NCBI GenBank assembly: GCA_037444045.1
Contig: JBBINF010000002.1
Location: forward strand, 1-40,016
Source: Sulfolobales archaeon
GTDB taxonomy: Archaea > Thermoproteota > Thermoprotei_A > Sulfolobales > Sulfolobaceae
Length of the DNA stretch: 40,016 nt
Direction: 5' to 3'
Each line of letters starts with the position of its first letter. The stretch's first letter is position 1. Shown here in pieces: positions 13,503-25,505 of the stretch. A program made the position numbers and the translations under genes. Below the pieces are notes generated by a model. That model had not been told where the DNA came from and searched no databases. It saw nothing but the letters and a program-made list of their open reading frames with translations.

Positions 13503-15308
13503 ATGAGTACTTCCACTGTCTCCACTAAAAGGCTAAGGCAACCCATAGTAGTAGTGTTGGGCCACGTTGACCACGGTAAGACAACGCTCCTTGACAAAAT
13601 AAGGGGTACTGCTATCGTGAAAAAGGAGCCTGGAGAGATGACGCAAGAGGTCGGAGCAAGTTTCGTTCCCAGTTCAGTCATAGAGAAACTAGCTGAGCCA
13701 TTAAAGAACGTTATACCGATCAAACTCGAAATACCGGGCCTACTATTTATCGACACGCCAGGTCACGAACTCTTCTCGAACTTGAGAAGGAGAGGCGGTA
13801 GTGTGGCAGACATAGCTATCTTGGTAGTTGACGTGACGGAGGGTTTCCAGAAGCAGACCATCGAGTCAATAGAGATACTTAGAGAGAAAAAGGTTCCCTT
13901 CCTCGTAGCTGCAAATAAAATAGACAAGATACCAGGCTGGAGGCCTTACGAGAACGAACCTTTTCTTAGTTCCTTTGCGAAGCAGTCTCCAGCTGTACAA
14001 CAGAGGCTGGATAATGCTATCTACAACTTGGTTTTGCAACTAGCGCAATTGAACTTCAACGCTGAAAGATTCGACAGGGTAAAAGACTTTACAAAGTACG
14101 TAGCTATTGTCCCTGTATCCGGAAAAACTGGAGAGGGAATTCCAGAACTCCTAGCCTTACTGGCAGGACTGACCCAGAGGTACTTAAGGACAAGGATAGG
14201 CTTCGCAGAGGGACCTGCAAAAGGAGTGGTGCTGGAGGTGAAGGAAGACCCGGGGTTTGGGCACACGATTGACGTAATCATATACGACGGCGTGCTCAGG
14301 AAAAACGACACGATAGTCTTGGGGGGAGTTAACGGAGTTATTGTGACTAAAGTGAGGAACTTATTGCTGCCTGCGCCCCTGCAGGACATGAGGATCTCAA
14401 AGACGGGTTACAGAAGCGTTGACGAAGTATACGCTGCTTCTGGAGTAAAGATCATAGCAACCGATCTGGAATACGCTGTCGCTGGGTCTCCCATATACGC
14501 AGTGGAAAGCGAGGAAAAAGTGGGAGAGTACAAGAAGGCAATCGAGGAAGAGTTAGCTAAGGTAAGGTTCCAGAAAAACGTTAGCGGGATAGTAGTGAAG
14601 GCAGATAGCCTAGGGGCGCTGGAGTCACTTGTAGAGGCCCTAGAGAAAAGGGGTATCCCGGTAAGGCTAGCTGACATAGGGCCAATAAGCAAAAGAGACG
14701 TAATAGAGGCAGAGATGTCGGCAAAGGAGGTAGAGGAGTACGGAATAATAGCCGCGTTCCGCGTTAAACCCCTTCCAGGGGTTGAGAGCGAGAAAGTAAA
14801 GATAATTTACAACGATATAATTTACCAGCTTATCGACGACGTGGAAAAGTACATTAACGACGTCAGGGAGAGCAGGAAGAGAAAGACCTTAGACACCTTG
14901 GTTCTACCAGGGAAGATAAAGATACTGCCCGGTTACGTATTTAGGAGAAGCGACCCAGTAATTGTAGGCGTTAAGGTTCTGGGGGGCATAATTAGGCCCA
15001 AGTATCCCTTAATAAACAAGGAGGGGAAGAGGGTCGGCGAAGTCCTCCAAATCCAAGATAACAAGAAATCTGTAGACAGGGCGTCACAAGGCATGGAAGT
15101 AGCGGTCTCTATAAAGGGAAATGTAATGGTAGGCAGGCAAATAGATGAAGGAGATGAGCTTTACACAGACGTCCCGAAGGAAGATCTAGAGATCCTATTA
15201 AAGAACTACAAGGACGTAGTTACCGACGACATGAAGGAGGTCATTAAAGAGCTTATAAGGATAAAAAGGACTTCAGATCCTCTATACGGGCTGGGCCTTC
15301 AGCTCTAG
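13503..15308 (+). CDS. infB: translation initiation factor aIF5B (IF-2)
   Basis: [34 protein letters not shown]; AAGGTGGT SD before ATG 13503. Confidence 0.98.
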   Translation: MSTSTVSTKRLRQPIVVVLGHVDHGKTTLLDKIRGTAIVKKEPGEMTQEVGASFVPSSVIEKLAEPLKNVIPIKLEIPGLLFIDTPGHELFSNLRRRGGSVADIAILVVDVTEGFQKQTIESIEILREKKVPFLVAANKIDKIPGWRPYENEPFLSSFAKQSPAVQQRLDNAIYNLVLQLAQLNFNAERFDRVKDFTKYVAIVPVSGKTGEGIPELLALLAGLTQRYLRTRIGFAEGPAKGVVLEVKEDPGFGHTIDVIIYDGVLRKNDTIVLGGVNGVIVTKVRNLLLPAPLQDMRISKTGYRSVDEVYAASGVKIIATDLEYAVAGSPIYAVESEEKVGEYKKAIEEELAKVRFQKNVSGIVVKADSLGALESLVEALEKRGIPVRLADIGPISKRDVIEAEMSAKEVEEYGIIAAFRVKPLPGVESEKVKIIYNDIIYQLIDDVEKYINDVRESRKRKTLDTLVLPGKIKILPGYVFRRSDPVIVGVKVLGGIIRPKYPLINKEGKRVGEVLQIQDNKKSVDRASQGMEVAVSIKGNVMVGRQIDEGDELYTDVPKEDLEILLKNYKDVVTDDMKEVIKELIRIKRTSDPLYGLGLQL

Positions 15309-15722
15309 GATTTCCTCGCTGCTGAAAAATATCGACATTTCTCTCCTCGCTTTCTCCTCAGAGTCAGATGCGTGGATAACGTTCTCCCCTTTACTTAGGG
15401 CAAAGTCGCCTCTGATCGTACCGGGCGATGCTTCCTTAGGATCGGTAGCCCCTATCATCTTCCTCATAACTGCTACAGCTTCGTCCCCCTCAACTACCAT
15501 ACAGACCACTGGACCCGAGGTAATGTAAGCGATGAGCTCTGGGAAAAACGCTTTGCCCTTATGCTCTGCGTAAAGCTCCTCAGCTTTATCCTTGCTCATG
15601 TGAACCATTTTCATGGCAACTATGTTAAGCCCTTTCCTTTCTATCCTTGAGATTATTTCGCCAACTAACCTCCTTTTTACGCCGTCTGGCTTAATCATTA
15701 CAAAGGTCTTCTGCGTGGCCAT
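15282..15722 (-). CDS. ndk: nucleoside diphosphate kinase
   Basis: [25 protein letters not shown] (catalytic His). Confidence 0.98.
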   Translation of the reverse strand: MATQKTFVMIKPDGVKRRLVGEIISRIERKGLNIVAMKMVHMSKDKAEELYAEHKGKAFFPELIAYITSGPVVCMVVEGDEAVAVMRKMIGATDPKEASPGTIRGDFALSKGENVIHASDSEEKARREMSIFFSSEEILELKAQPV

Positions 15723-15908
15723 TTACCTTACCCTCGAGTAAGAGGTAGTCCACTTAAGCCTCTTCGCGTCCTTATGGTACTTCAACATGTATTTCCTGCA
15801 TTTGCTAGAACAGAACCAAAGGATTGTACCGTCGTTTTTAACGTACATTATACCAGTACCAGGGACTATAGTAGCTCCACAGAAGCTACACGTATGGCTT
15901 GAAGGCAT
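15723..15908 (-). CDS. rpl24e: 50S ribosomal protein L24e
   Basis: CSFCG..I.PGTG...FCSSKC...LKWT. Confidence 0.96.
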   Translation of the reverse strand: MPSSHTCSFCGATIVPGTGIMYVKNDGTILWFCSSKCRKYMLKYHKDAKRLKWTTSYSRVR

Positions 15909-15977
15909 TCTTGCTCACCATAATTTTTTTAGTGAGGTATTTAAAGGAATTGCTGGAAATAAGGTAAGTGGTGTGGA

Positions 15978-17257
<1,280 letters not shown>

Positions 17258-18673
17258 ATGCCTAAGATTGGACTTGAAGTTCACGTGCATCTTAATACCC
17301 TAAAGACCAAGCTGTTTTGCTCGTGTCCGTCGGATTACATTAACAAGGATCCTAATACCAACACCTGCCCTGTATGCCTGGGGCTGCCTGGGGCCATACC
17401 GGTATTGAACGAACAGGCCTTAAATTACGCCATAATGGTAGCCCTAGCACTTAACTGCGAAATCGCTCCTACACTCGTTTTCAGTAGAAAGCATTACTTT
17501 TACCCTGACATGGCCAAAAACTACCAGATTTCCCAGTACGATGGACCAGGTAGCATGGCAATAGCCAAGTCTGGTGTGCTTGAGATCTCGAACAAGAAGA
17601 TAAGGATAAGGAGGATTAACATAGAGGAAGACCCGGCCAAAATCACTTACCCAACGGGCTCTATGTTGACCAGCAAATACACGTTATTGGACTACAATAG
17701 ATCCGGGATAGGTCTACTGGAGATTGTTACAGAACCAGACATAGAGAACCCAAAGGAGGCCAGAGAGTTCTTGGAAAAGCTTAGGTCTATACTTGAGCAC
17801 TTAGGCGTATGTAACTGCGACCTAGAGGGAGCTATAAGGGCTGATGTTAACGTCTCCGTAGAGGGCGGGGAGAGAGTGGAAGTAAAGAACGTGGGGTCAA
17901 TTAAGGACGTTGAAAACGCTATAAAATACGAAATAGCTAGGCAAAAGGCCGCGATAATACAGGGTCTAAAGGTGGAAAGGGAGACCAGACACTGGGATTC
18001 GGAAAGGGGCATAAGCGTGCCCACTAGGACAAAGGAAGCTGAAGAGGATTATAGGTATTTCCCAGACCCAGATCTTCCGCCCTACCCTATAGGGAGAGAG
18101 CTAATAGAGAAGATAAAGGCAGAAATGCCAGAACTCCCAGACGCTAGGATTAAGAGACTTGTTGAACAGTACGGTATCTCACAGAAGGAAGCTTCAATCC
18201 TAGTGATGGACAAAGCTCTGGCCGATTTTTACGAGAAAACGGCAAACCTATATAAGGACTACAAGAAGCTGGCTAACTTAATCCTGAACGACTACCTAAG
18301 GTGGCTGAATGACAAGAACCTTAGGGCTTCGGAATCTAAGGCTACGCCAGAAGCCATAGCTAAGCTCCTCAAGTTGTTGGACAGTGGGGTGATAACAATC
18401 AAAATAGTGAAAGAGGTGTTGCCAGAAATAGTGCTTAAGGGAGCTGACCCAGATCAGCTCATAAAGACCTCTCAGCTCACCGCGATCAAGGACGCCGAGT
18501 ACTTGGAGAAAGTAGTAGAGGAAGTTATAAACGAGGATAGAGATGCAGCGGAGGCCGCTAGAAGGGATCCAAAGGTCATAAACTTCCTAGTAGGCAAAGT
18601 CATGAAAAGGACAAACAAGAGGGCAGACCCTCAGCTAACAAACGAGCTAATAAGGAAGAAATTGGGCATATGA
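17258..18673 (+). CDS. gatB: Asp-tRNA(Asn)/Glu-tRNA(Gln) amidotransferase subunit B
   Basis: IGLEVH, CLGLPGA, RKHYFYPD..KNYQISQ, LLEIVTEPD, DYRYFPDPDLP. Confidence 0.98.
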   Translation: MPKIGLEVHVHLNTLKTKLFCSCPSDYINKDPNTNTCPVCLGLPGAIPVLNEQALNYAIMVALALNCEIAPTLVFSRKHYFYPDMAKNYQISQYDGPGSMAIAKSGVLEISNKKIRIRRINIEEDPAKITYPTGSMLTSKYTLLDYNRSGIGLLEIVTEPDIENPKEAREFLEKLRSILEHLGVCNCDLEGAIRADVNVSVEGGERVEVKNVGSIKDVENAIKYEIARQKAAIIQGLKVERETRHWDSERGISVPTRTKEAEEDYRYFPDPDLPPYPIGRELIEKIKAEMPELPDARIKRLVEQYGISQKEASILVMDKALADFYEKTANLYKDYKKLANLILNDYLRWLNDKNLRASESKATPEAIAKLLKLLDSGVITIKIVKEVLPEIVLKGADPDQLIKTSQLTAIKDAEYLEKVVEEVINEDRDAAEAARRDPKVINFLVGKVMKRTNKRADPQLTNELIRKKLGI

Positions 18674-18760
18674 TTTCTCTGCGTGGGTTTCACATCACTT
18701 TTTCAGCACTTAAAAACTCGAACATCTATTAGCATAACTTGCCCAAGGGGGTATAAAGCT

Positions 18761-19480
18761 TTGGCATTAAGGCAGACAAAAGACGGAGAGCTTAGAGAAA
18801 GGCTGCTGGTAGTTGACTTACTGAAGGAATTAAAGAACATCTACACGTACAAACAGCTCTCTTCACTCCTGGGAATCCAAGAAAGCTTACTCTGCAGGTA
18901 TGTTAACGGAGTAACAGTGCCTAGCGAAGTGCAGTACAACAACATCATCAACAAGATAAGGAACAAGGAATTTTTACTATCCTTTATCAAAAATAGGATA
19001 AAAGTGTTCGAGGACGGGTTCATAGATACGTCTTCTCTGCTTTTCTATCCAAATTTGCTAAGGTTAATAATAGAGCTGACACTAAGGAGATCGGCTGAAA
19101 TTACAACTGTGACTAAGGTTTTTGGAATTGCCAGCAATGGAATTCCCTTTGCCTCAATAGTAGCTACAGTGCTAAATAAACCGCTTATTATAGCTAAAAA
19201 GCACAAAGATAGCCTAGTGATGGAATACTACGACGAGAGTATTAAGGAGAGCGAGGGCGTTGTAAGTAGTCTGTACTTGAGGAAAGACCTCATTAGTAAG
19301 TCGGATAAGGTAATAATAGTGGACGATGTAATAAAGTCAGGAAAGACAATAATGGCCTCAGTTAACCTGCTCAAAAAAGCAGGCAGTGATGTTGTCATGG
19401 CCTTTGCAATAGTGTCAAAGAAGGACGCACTGGATAACCTTTTAAAAACTATTAACGTAATAGCGTTGCTCACCCTATGA
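18761..19480 (+). CDS. HTH + phosphoribosyltransferase-domain protein (putative PRPP-responsive regulator)
   Basis: N-terminal HTH (YTYKQLSSLLGIQESLLCRYVNG) and PRPP loop VIIVDDVIKSGKT; TTG 18761 preferred, track start 18683. Confidence 0.8.
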   Translation: MALRQTKDGELRERLLVVDLLKELKNIYTYKQLSSLLGIQESLLCRYVNGVTVPSEVQYNNIINKIRNKEFLLSFIKNRIKVFEDGFIDTSSLLFYPNLLRLIIELTLRRSAEITTVTKVFGIASNGIPFASIVATVLNKPLIIAKKHKDSLVMEYYDESIKESEGVVSSLYLRKDLISKSDKVIIVDDVIKSGKTIMASVNLLKKAGSDVVMAFAIVSKKDALDNLLKTINVIALLTL

Positions 19481-20013
19481 GCTTAGCTAGGGTTTCTAAC
19501 GACGTATTTAAGATAGGATTGCCCGACAGGAACGTATGTTACCTAATAAATCTTGGGAACTATTATGTGCTTATAAACTCCACTAACGGCGAATTTCTAA
19601 CAGACGTCATAAGGAGCGTAATTGAGGTTATTCGTGACAGGCAAAAACTAAAGTACGTCATCCTCACCGACTGCCAGAGGAATTCGGCAGGTGGTGCATG
19701 TGGTATCCATAGGTTCTTTGGAGCAGGTATAGTAATTCACGAGCCTGATTCTATTGGATTAAGGCATGGAACTTGCGGAAAAGAAAGATTAGATGGATGC
19801 GAGGTCTACATGGAACTTAGGAGAGAAAGAGAAAGAATAGAAGACCTTGAGGTACTGTGGACGAGAGCGCCAACTTCTGGGTCAATAGTGGTTCTTTTTA
19901 GGGACTTCGCTTTCGTGGGAAATGCTAGGCTCAGCTTTCTGGGTAAAAACATTAAAATGGTATGTGACAACATAGATTGTCTGAGAACAGATGGTTTACG
20001 AGGAGATTTGTGA
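19477..20013 (+). CDS. degenerate metallo-beta-lactamase-fold protein
   Basis: MBL-like layout NVCYLI..YVLIN...KYVILTxxxxxxxGG...IVIHEPD...APTSGSI...FVGN, but HxHxDH is absent; ATGA overlap with the upstream gene. Confidence 0.65.
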   Translation: MSLARVSNDVFKIGLPDRNVCYLINLGNYYVLINSTNGEFLTDVIRSVIEVIRDRQKLKYVILTDCQRNSAGGACGIHRFFGAGIVIHEPDSIGLRHGTCGKERLDGCEVYMELRRERERIEDLEVLWTRAPTSGSIVVLFRDFAFVGNARLSFLGKNIKMVCDNIDCLRTDGLRGDL

Positions 20014-20155
20014 CTCGTGTGGGAGAGCCAAGGTTCTCAAGTTCTGTACGGTAAAGAAAATTAACGTATGCTACTCTTGCTGTACGGAATGCTCTTTCAG
20101 AAAGAAATGCAACGCAAGAGTTTGGTTTAAAGAATTGGTGCCCTTAAGAGCATAA
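19991..20155 (+). CDS. 54-aa cysteine-rich putative metal-binding microprotein (not in ORF track)
   Basis: Manual translation MVYEEICDSCGRAKVLKFCTVKKINVCYSCCTECSFRKKCNARVWFKELVPLRA; 8 Cys including CxxC and CxxCCxxC; fills the gap before tes. Confidence 0.7.
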   Translation: MVYEEICDSCGRAKVLKFCTVKKINVCYSCCTECSFRKKCNARVWFKELVPLRA

Positions 20156-20202
20156 TGTTTAACGTGTTTTAGTTAAAAACAAATAAAATAAATAAAGAGC
20201 TT

Positions 20203-21954
20203 TTACGCAGAACTGAAGTATTTGTAAGTCTCCTTGTATATCTCTCCTTTCTCCAAAGTCGAGGCTACCCTCTTGTACTTCATTGAGTCTCCTATGCTGT
20301 TCTCTCCATGCTTTCTTATCCACTCATCTAGAGGTATCTGGTACTCCTTTAGCACTTTATCCCTATACAAGTCGTTTAGAACGTTGTATGTACAGAACGG
20401 GATTACTCTCCCGTCTGGAACTACGTAATGTATGTCGCACCTCATGACCCTCTGTACATCGTAGTTGTAGAGATCCATGAAGTGCATAGTCCCTAAGAAG
20501 AGAGTTCTATAATGCCATTCGCCCAGCGCGTCGTAGTTGTGGTTTACTACTATGTTATACAACATCTTGTAAACGTCGAAGTCCTTTGGTCCCTTCTCCT
20601 TATCGATGAACTTCCTTATGTTAGCGAGCATCTTCACTCCTACCCAGTACTTGCTGGCACCCTCCTTCAACTCCTCTGTCTTCTCCTTGAAGTATTCTAA
20701 CAGCCCCTCTAAATCAATGAACTTTGAGATGGGTATAAAGTGGGGCTCTCCGTTCCTCCACTCAACGTATACATACGTCCCAGCACCACAGCTTGGATGG
20801 TTGGCCATTTCGAACTGCTCCTTGCCAGTAAGCGCCTCTACCAGTCTAGAGAACACCACTGAAGTCCCTATTGGATACCAGCTGTCCCTAGTTATTTCGC
20901 CGTCAGTCTGCTCCTCTACGTTCTTCAGAACCTCGGGTATGGTTATCCTGAACTTCGCCCTCATGTTTCTCTTCATCATCCCGGTTAGGCTAACGGGCTG
21001 GAAGTTAACAGCCCTCACTACGTCAATGTTCCTTGCCGCAAACTTGACTATATTACCTAGATCATGGTCGTTTACAGTCTTTATGACGGTAGGCACTAGG
21101 ACTACGCTTGTCATCCCTGCCCTTCTAAACACCTCTAGCGTGTAGGGTATCTCCCAGTGGTTCTTTGGGTTGGTCTTCCTCGTAGTCCCGTCAAAGCTCA
21201 TGTAAATTGTGTTTACTCCAGCCTCCCTTAGGGCTACCGCGTACTTTATCGCCTTATCTGGATCTTCCATATAGAGCGTCGCAAAAGTCCCTCCCCACGT
21301 GTTGAGCTGTATGTGTTTAACTCCTTCCTCTCTCAAGAGCCTTACTATCTCCACGAGGTCTTCTCTCAGGGTTGGTTCTCCACCTGTAACTTGTATGACT
21401 AGCGTGATGTCCTGCCTCTTAAGCTGTTGGACCATGAACCTTATCTGCTCTAGAGTCGGTTCAAACACGTAACCTGCCTTCTCTGCATAGAAGAAACAGT
21501 ACCAGCACGACAAGTTACACCTATTTGTGATCACTAGGTTAACTAGCGCGGAGTGCTGATGGTGCATTGGGCAAAGCCCGCAGTTAAACGGACAGGGCGA
21601 CTTAAGATCAACATAGGGAACCTTAGGTCCTTTTCCCTCGTACTCCCAGTAGTCGAACTTGTAGTACATCCCTACGTCTCCGTAATACAGATCCTCAAAT
21701 TCGCCGTGCTCTGGACAGATCTTCCTTATATACATCTTTTCGTCCTTCTCGAAAATTGTAGCTGGAAGGAGTCTGTAGCATGCTGGGCAAAGCGACTGAG
21801 TTACTCTAATCAACTTCTCGTTTGAAGCCAACTTGGGTAGTGGCCCTCCTATCTTTATTTCCCTATCACCGAACTTGACAGTCCCGTTCTCGTACCTGGA
21901 AGGTGCAGGTAACAGCCTAAAACCCTTGTTGTTTTGCTCTTCTACTTGAGCCAT
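20203..21954 (-). CDS. tes: tetraether lipid synthase Tes (GDGT-MAS family radical SAM enzyme)
   Basis: N-terminal CPAC...CPEH metal site, CPFNCGLC, radical SAM motif [20 protein letters not shown] and RCDIHY...IPFCTYN C-terminal cluster ligands. Confidence 0.88.
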   Translation of the reverse strand: MAQVEEQNNKGFRLLPAPSRYENGTVKFGDREIKIGGPLPKLASNEKLIRVTQSLCPACYRLLPATIFEKDEKMYIRKICPEHGEFEDLYYGDVGMYYKFDYWEYEGKGPKVPYVDLKSPCPFNCGLCPMHHQHSALVNLVITNRCNLSCWYCFFYAEKAGYVFEPTLEQIRFMVQQLKRQDITLVIQVTGGEPTLREDLVEIVRLLREEGVKHIQLNTWGGTFATLYMEDPDKAIKYAVALREAGVNTIYMSFDGTTRKTNPKNHWEIPYTLEVFRRAGMTSVVLVPTVIKTVNDHDLGNIVKFAARNIDVVRAVNFQPVSLTGMMKRNMRAKFRITIPEVLKNVEEQTDGEITRDSWYPIGTSVVFSRLVEALTGKEQFEMANHPSCGAGTYVYVEWRNGEPHFIPISKFIDLEGLLEYFKEKTEELKEGASKYWVGVKMLANIRKFIDKEKGPKDFDVYKMLYNIVVNHNYDALGEWHYRTLFLGTMHFMDLYNYDVQRVMRCDIHYVVPDGRVIPFCTYNVLNDLYRDKVLKEYQIPLDEWIRKHGENSIGDSMKYKRVASTLEKGEIYKETYKYFSSA

Positions 21955-22024
21955 ACGTATCTTAGGGATAAGTTACTTTCAAAGCCGTATTTAAGTATAT
22001 TCTCCAGATAATCAGATTATTGGG

Positions 22025-22963
22025 TTAAAACCATCCTTTAAAGTTGTCCCAACCTGCTTTCTCAAGTTCCTTCCCCTTATAGATAACCTTGTTGCCACTA
22101 ATTACCTTGCCGAATGCAACTGGGTTCATCCCTATTAGCCTTAGCTTTGAAATGACCTCGTCGTAGCCTTCTTTCTTCACTACTAGTAGCCCCTCGTATT
22201 CCTCGCCAGAATACCTCAACAGATCTAAGTATGTATAACCGTAATTACGCATATGTGATAGCACCTTTTCGTCAAGAGGCAGATCAGTGACCTCGATGCC
22301 AACGTTAAACCGCGTCGCCACGTTGTACAAACTGACTAGAACCCCGTCGCTGACGTCAGTGGAATAGGAAACGGATAAACACACTTCGCGTAATACGTTA
22401 AGCACGTGTATATTGACTACAGGGTGTTTTACCTTAACTATCGCCTCATGAAGGATAGGAATCTTGAACCCGTTGAGGTAAGATATGAATACGTTAGATG
22501 TTAGGCCTACAGGGTTTGTTAAAATTACCCTATCCCCTTCTTTTACTTCGTTTCCCCTATCGCATACTACGTGTCCTATACCTGCTACGTCTATCCAGCC
22601 CGAGGAGGAACTACCGTTTGTGTCCCCCCCAACATACTCAGCGTTGTAGTATAGCGAGGAGTCGTATATTCCCCTTATCAGCTTCTCAGCGTCATAAACG
22701 TCCATCTTTCCAGGAAGTCCCAAAGAGGCCATTAGCAATTTTGGCATTGAAAGAGAATACACTAGGTCGCTTACTACCCCTGTTACCGCCTTCCATCCAA
22801 CGTCGTAGTAGTCCATAAACGGAAAAAGGTAGGAAAGCTGAAACCCATCTATCTTATACGCAACGCCGTCCTTAAAGAAGACGTCTTCTAGTACCCTATT
22901 CCCTATGTATGACTTTACTACTTTATTTATGAACTCGTGCTCGCCGATGTCCTCAAGGTTCAT
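22025..22963 (-). CDS. thiL: thiamine-monophosphate kinase
   Basis: GEHEFI, GWKAV...SDL, VGGDTN, TDVSDG, GEEYE; start 22963 or 22972. Confidence 0.85.
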   Translation of the reverse strand: MNLEDIGEHEFINKVVKSYIGNRVLEDVFFKDGVAYKIDGFQLSYLFPFMDYYDVGWKAVTGVVSDLVYSLSMPKLLMASLGLPGKMDVYDAEKLIRGIYDSSLYYNAEYVGGDTNGSSSSGWIDVAGIGHVVCDRGNEVKEGDRVILTNPVGLTSNVFISYLNGFKIPILHEAIVKVKHPVVNIHVLNVLREVCLSVSYSTDVSDGVLVSLYNVATRFNVGIEVTDLPLDEKVLSHMRNYGYTYLDLLRYSGEEYEGLLVVKKEGYDEVISKLRLIGMNPVAFGKVISGNKVIYKGKELEKAGWDNFKGWF

Positions 22964-22980
22964 GATTACCACTTTAGAAA

Positions 22981-23070
<90 letters not shown>

Positions 23071-23075
23071 TTAGT

Positions 23076-24446
23076 TTATTTTACTGCTACGTTTTTTAAA
23101 TTAACGTTTCCTAGAACTCTGTGGTAGTACTCCACCGCCCTTCCTATTAAGGCATCTATCTGCCCCAAATACTGGGCATAATCTAAGGACTTCCTTATTT
23201 CGTCTGGCGTCATGTACTTTCTTACAGTCTCGTCCGCTAGTGCCACTTCCTCCATGGTCTTTCCGGTGTTCCTCGCGGCCCTGGATAGCCTTGAGATGAC
23301 TTCATGGGCCTTATGTCTAGGCATTCCCTTCAGGGTAAGGTTAATCATGAGGCTCTCGGCCATGATGAGACCCCTTGTAACGTTAAGGTTCCTTTCCATG
23401 TTTTTCTCATCAACCACTAGGTTTTCTAGGATCTCCAGTGTGCTTTTCAACATCTCGTCAACTATGATCAATGAGTGAGAGAGGATTATCCTCTCCGAGG
23501 AGCTGTTAGTTAAATCCCTCTCGTGCCAGAGTGGGATATTTTCCAGCTCCGATACCACTAGCCCTCTTAAAACCTTAGCCAGTCCGCTTATCTTTTCCGC
23601 TGTCACCGGGTTCTCCTTTTGTGGCATCGTGCTGCTACCAACCCTATTTCCAACCCCTTCCTTGAGCTCTCCAATTTCGGGCCTCATTAGCTCCCTGATT
23701 TCCAAGGCAAACCTATCTAGCTGAGATCCAAGAATAGCGAGATCCGATATCAGCTCAGCAAAGCCATCCCTAGGCGCTACTTGAGTGGAAATGGGGTGAG
23801 GTTCAAGCCCTAGTTCCTCCATCACCAGTTCCTCGACCTTTAAGCCATAACCGTTCCACGCCGCCATTGTCCCTACTGCGCCCGATAATTTACCCCTAAC
23901 TAGCCTCTTTTCAGTATCGTGAAGCCTTTCCAGCGACCTCGAGAGCTCGTAGACGTAGTTCGCAAACTTAAAGCCAAGAGTGATTGGGAGTGCGTGTTGG
24001 CCGTGAGTCCTACCTACCATTATTGTTTTGCTGTGCCTTTCCGAGAGCTCTACAAGTTTGTTCAGTACTGCTATTAACTTTTCCTTTACTATCGTGAGTG
24101 CTTCCCTAAACATTAGAGCATATGCAGTATCCACTATGTCGTAACTGGTGGCTCCAAAGTGTACAAACCTTCCATGCTCTCCCGCCTTCTCCGCCAAAGC
24201 TACTACCATTGCCATAACGTCGTGGCCTAATTTCCTTTCTAACTCGTCAATTTCTTCGATGGTGACTTTCTTTGACGCCTCCTCCACTACCTTTACGTCC
24301 TCTTCGCTTGCAATCCCCAACTTGGCTAGTGCCTTGAGCAATGCTATCTCTACTCTCATCCTGGTCTCAATGACGTGTTCCCTTGAGAATATCCTCCTCA
24401 TCTCTTCGCTTCCGTATCTCCAGTCTAATGGGCAAATATCGTCCAT
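23076..24446 (-). CDS. purB: adenylosuccinate lyase
   Basis: [33 protein letters not shown]; ATG 24446 ([12 protein letters not shown]) because the track's longer start overlaps purP. Confidence 0.97.
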   Translation of the reverse strand: MDDICPLDWRYGSEEMRRIFSREHVIETRMRVEIALLKALAKLGIASEEDVKVVEEASKKVTIEEIDELERKLGHDVMAMVVALAEKAGEHGRFVHFGATSYDIVDTAYALMFREALTIVKEKLIAVLNKLVELSERHSKTIMVGRTHGQHALPITLGFKFANYVYELSRSLERLHDTEKRLVRGKLSGAVGTMAAWNGYGLKVEELVMEELGLEPHPISTQVAPRDGFAELISDLAILGSQLDRFALEIRELMRPEIGELKEGVGNRVGSSTMPQKENPVTAEKISGLAKVLRGLVVSELENIPLWHERDLTNSSSERIILSHSLIIVDEMLKSTLEILENLVVDEKNMERNLNVTRGLIMAESLMINLTLKGMPRHKAHEVISRLSRAARNTGKTMEEVALADETVRKYMTPDEIRKSLDYAQYLGQIDALIGRAVEYYHRVLGNVNLKNVAVK

Positions 24447-24506
24447 CAAGTTAAGCTTAATTAAAGGTTTAATAATATTTGTACTTCTTTTTCCTAAGAT
24501 ACCACG

Positions 24507-25505
24507 ATGATGATAGCTACAATAGGCAGTCACTCTTCTCTCCAGATTTTGAAGGGGGCTAAAAGGGAGAACTTCAAAACAGCAATAATAGTCGAAAAGG
24601 GCAGGGAGAACTTTTACAGACGGTTTGACTTTATAGACGAATTCTTGCCTTACGGGGGCTACGATGAGGCCCTTAGTCACATAAACTCGCTTAAGGATGC
24701 TATTTTGGTCCCACATGGAAGCCTAATAGAGTACTTGGGCATGGAAAGGGCGAAGAAAATTAGCGTACCTATTTTTGGGAACAAGTACTTGTTTGAATGG
24801 GAGTCCAACCAAAAGAAAAAGATGAGCCTTTTAGAGAAGTCCGGAATAAAGGTCCCACAAGCTTTTGAGAACGTAGAGGACGTGGACAGGCTTGTCATAG
24901 TCAAGCTTCCCGGAGCCAAGGGAGGTAAGGGTTACTTCTTGGCCAGAAACAAGAGCGAACTAAAGGAAGGTATTAACAAGCTCTTGGAGAAAAAGGTGAT
25001 TAGAAGCGTTGAAGATATAATAATCCAAGAGTACGTCATAGGAATTCCAATGTATTTCCAGTTCTTCTATAGCCCTATCATGTGTAGGGTAGAACTCATG
25101 GGAATTGATATAAGGTATGAGACTAACGTAGATGGGCTACGTAGACTTCCATGGGCCTCTGAGATTTCTCCTACGTTTGTGGTAGCGGGGAACATACCGG
25201 TCGTCGCTAGGGAGAGCTTATTGCCTAAAGCTTACGACTACGCTGACAAGTTCGTAAGCACAACAAAGGAGCTGGTACCTCCAGGGATGATAGGACCGTT
25301 CTCGCTAGAGTCCGTAGTAACGGACGAACTAGAAATAGTAGTATTCGAGTTTTCCGGTAGGATAGTAGCTGGGACTAATCTGTACATAAACGGTAGTCCT
25401 TACTCTTGGCTATATTGGGATGAACCAATGTGCACTGGGAGGAGAATAGCAAGAGAAATAAATATGGCAATAGAAAGGAAGAGATTAAGTGAGGTAACTA
25501 CATGA
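24507..25505 (+). CDS. purP: FAICAR synthetase PurP (ATP-grasp)
   Basis: [46 protein letters not shown]. Confidence 0.92.
   Translation: MMIATIGSHSSLQILKGAKRENFKTAIIVEKGRENFYRRFDFIDEFLPYGGYDEALSHINSLKDAILVPHGSLIEYLGMERAKKISVPIFGNKYLFEWESNQKKKMSLLEKSGIKVPQAFENVEDVDRLVIVKLPGAKGGKGYFLARNKSELKEGINKLLEKKVIRSVEDIIIQEYVIGIPMYFQFFYSPIMCRVELMGIDIRYETNVDGLRRLPWASEISPTFVVAGNIPVVARESLLPKAYDYADKFVSTTKELVPPGMIGPFSLESVVTDELEIVVFEFSGRIVAGTNLYINGSPYSWLYWDEPMCTGRRIAREINMAIERKRLSEVTT

Noticed and set aside
24507-24570. ATGATGA resembling a C/D-box sRNA C box
   Set aside because: It is the purP Met-Met start, and no CTGA D box follows at a suitable distance
24447-24716. 90-aa N-terminal extension of PurB in the ORF track
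   Set aside because: Overlaps the divergent purP gene; family similarity begins at [12 protein letters not shown] (ATG 24446)
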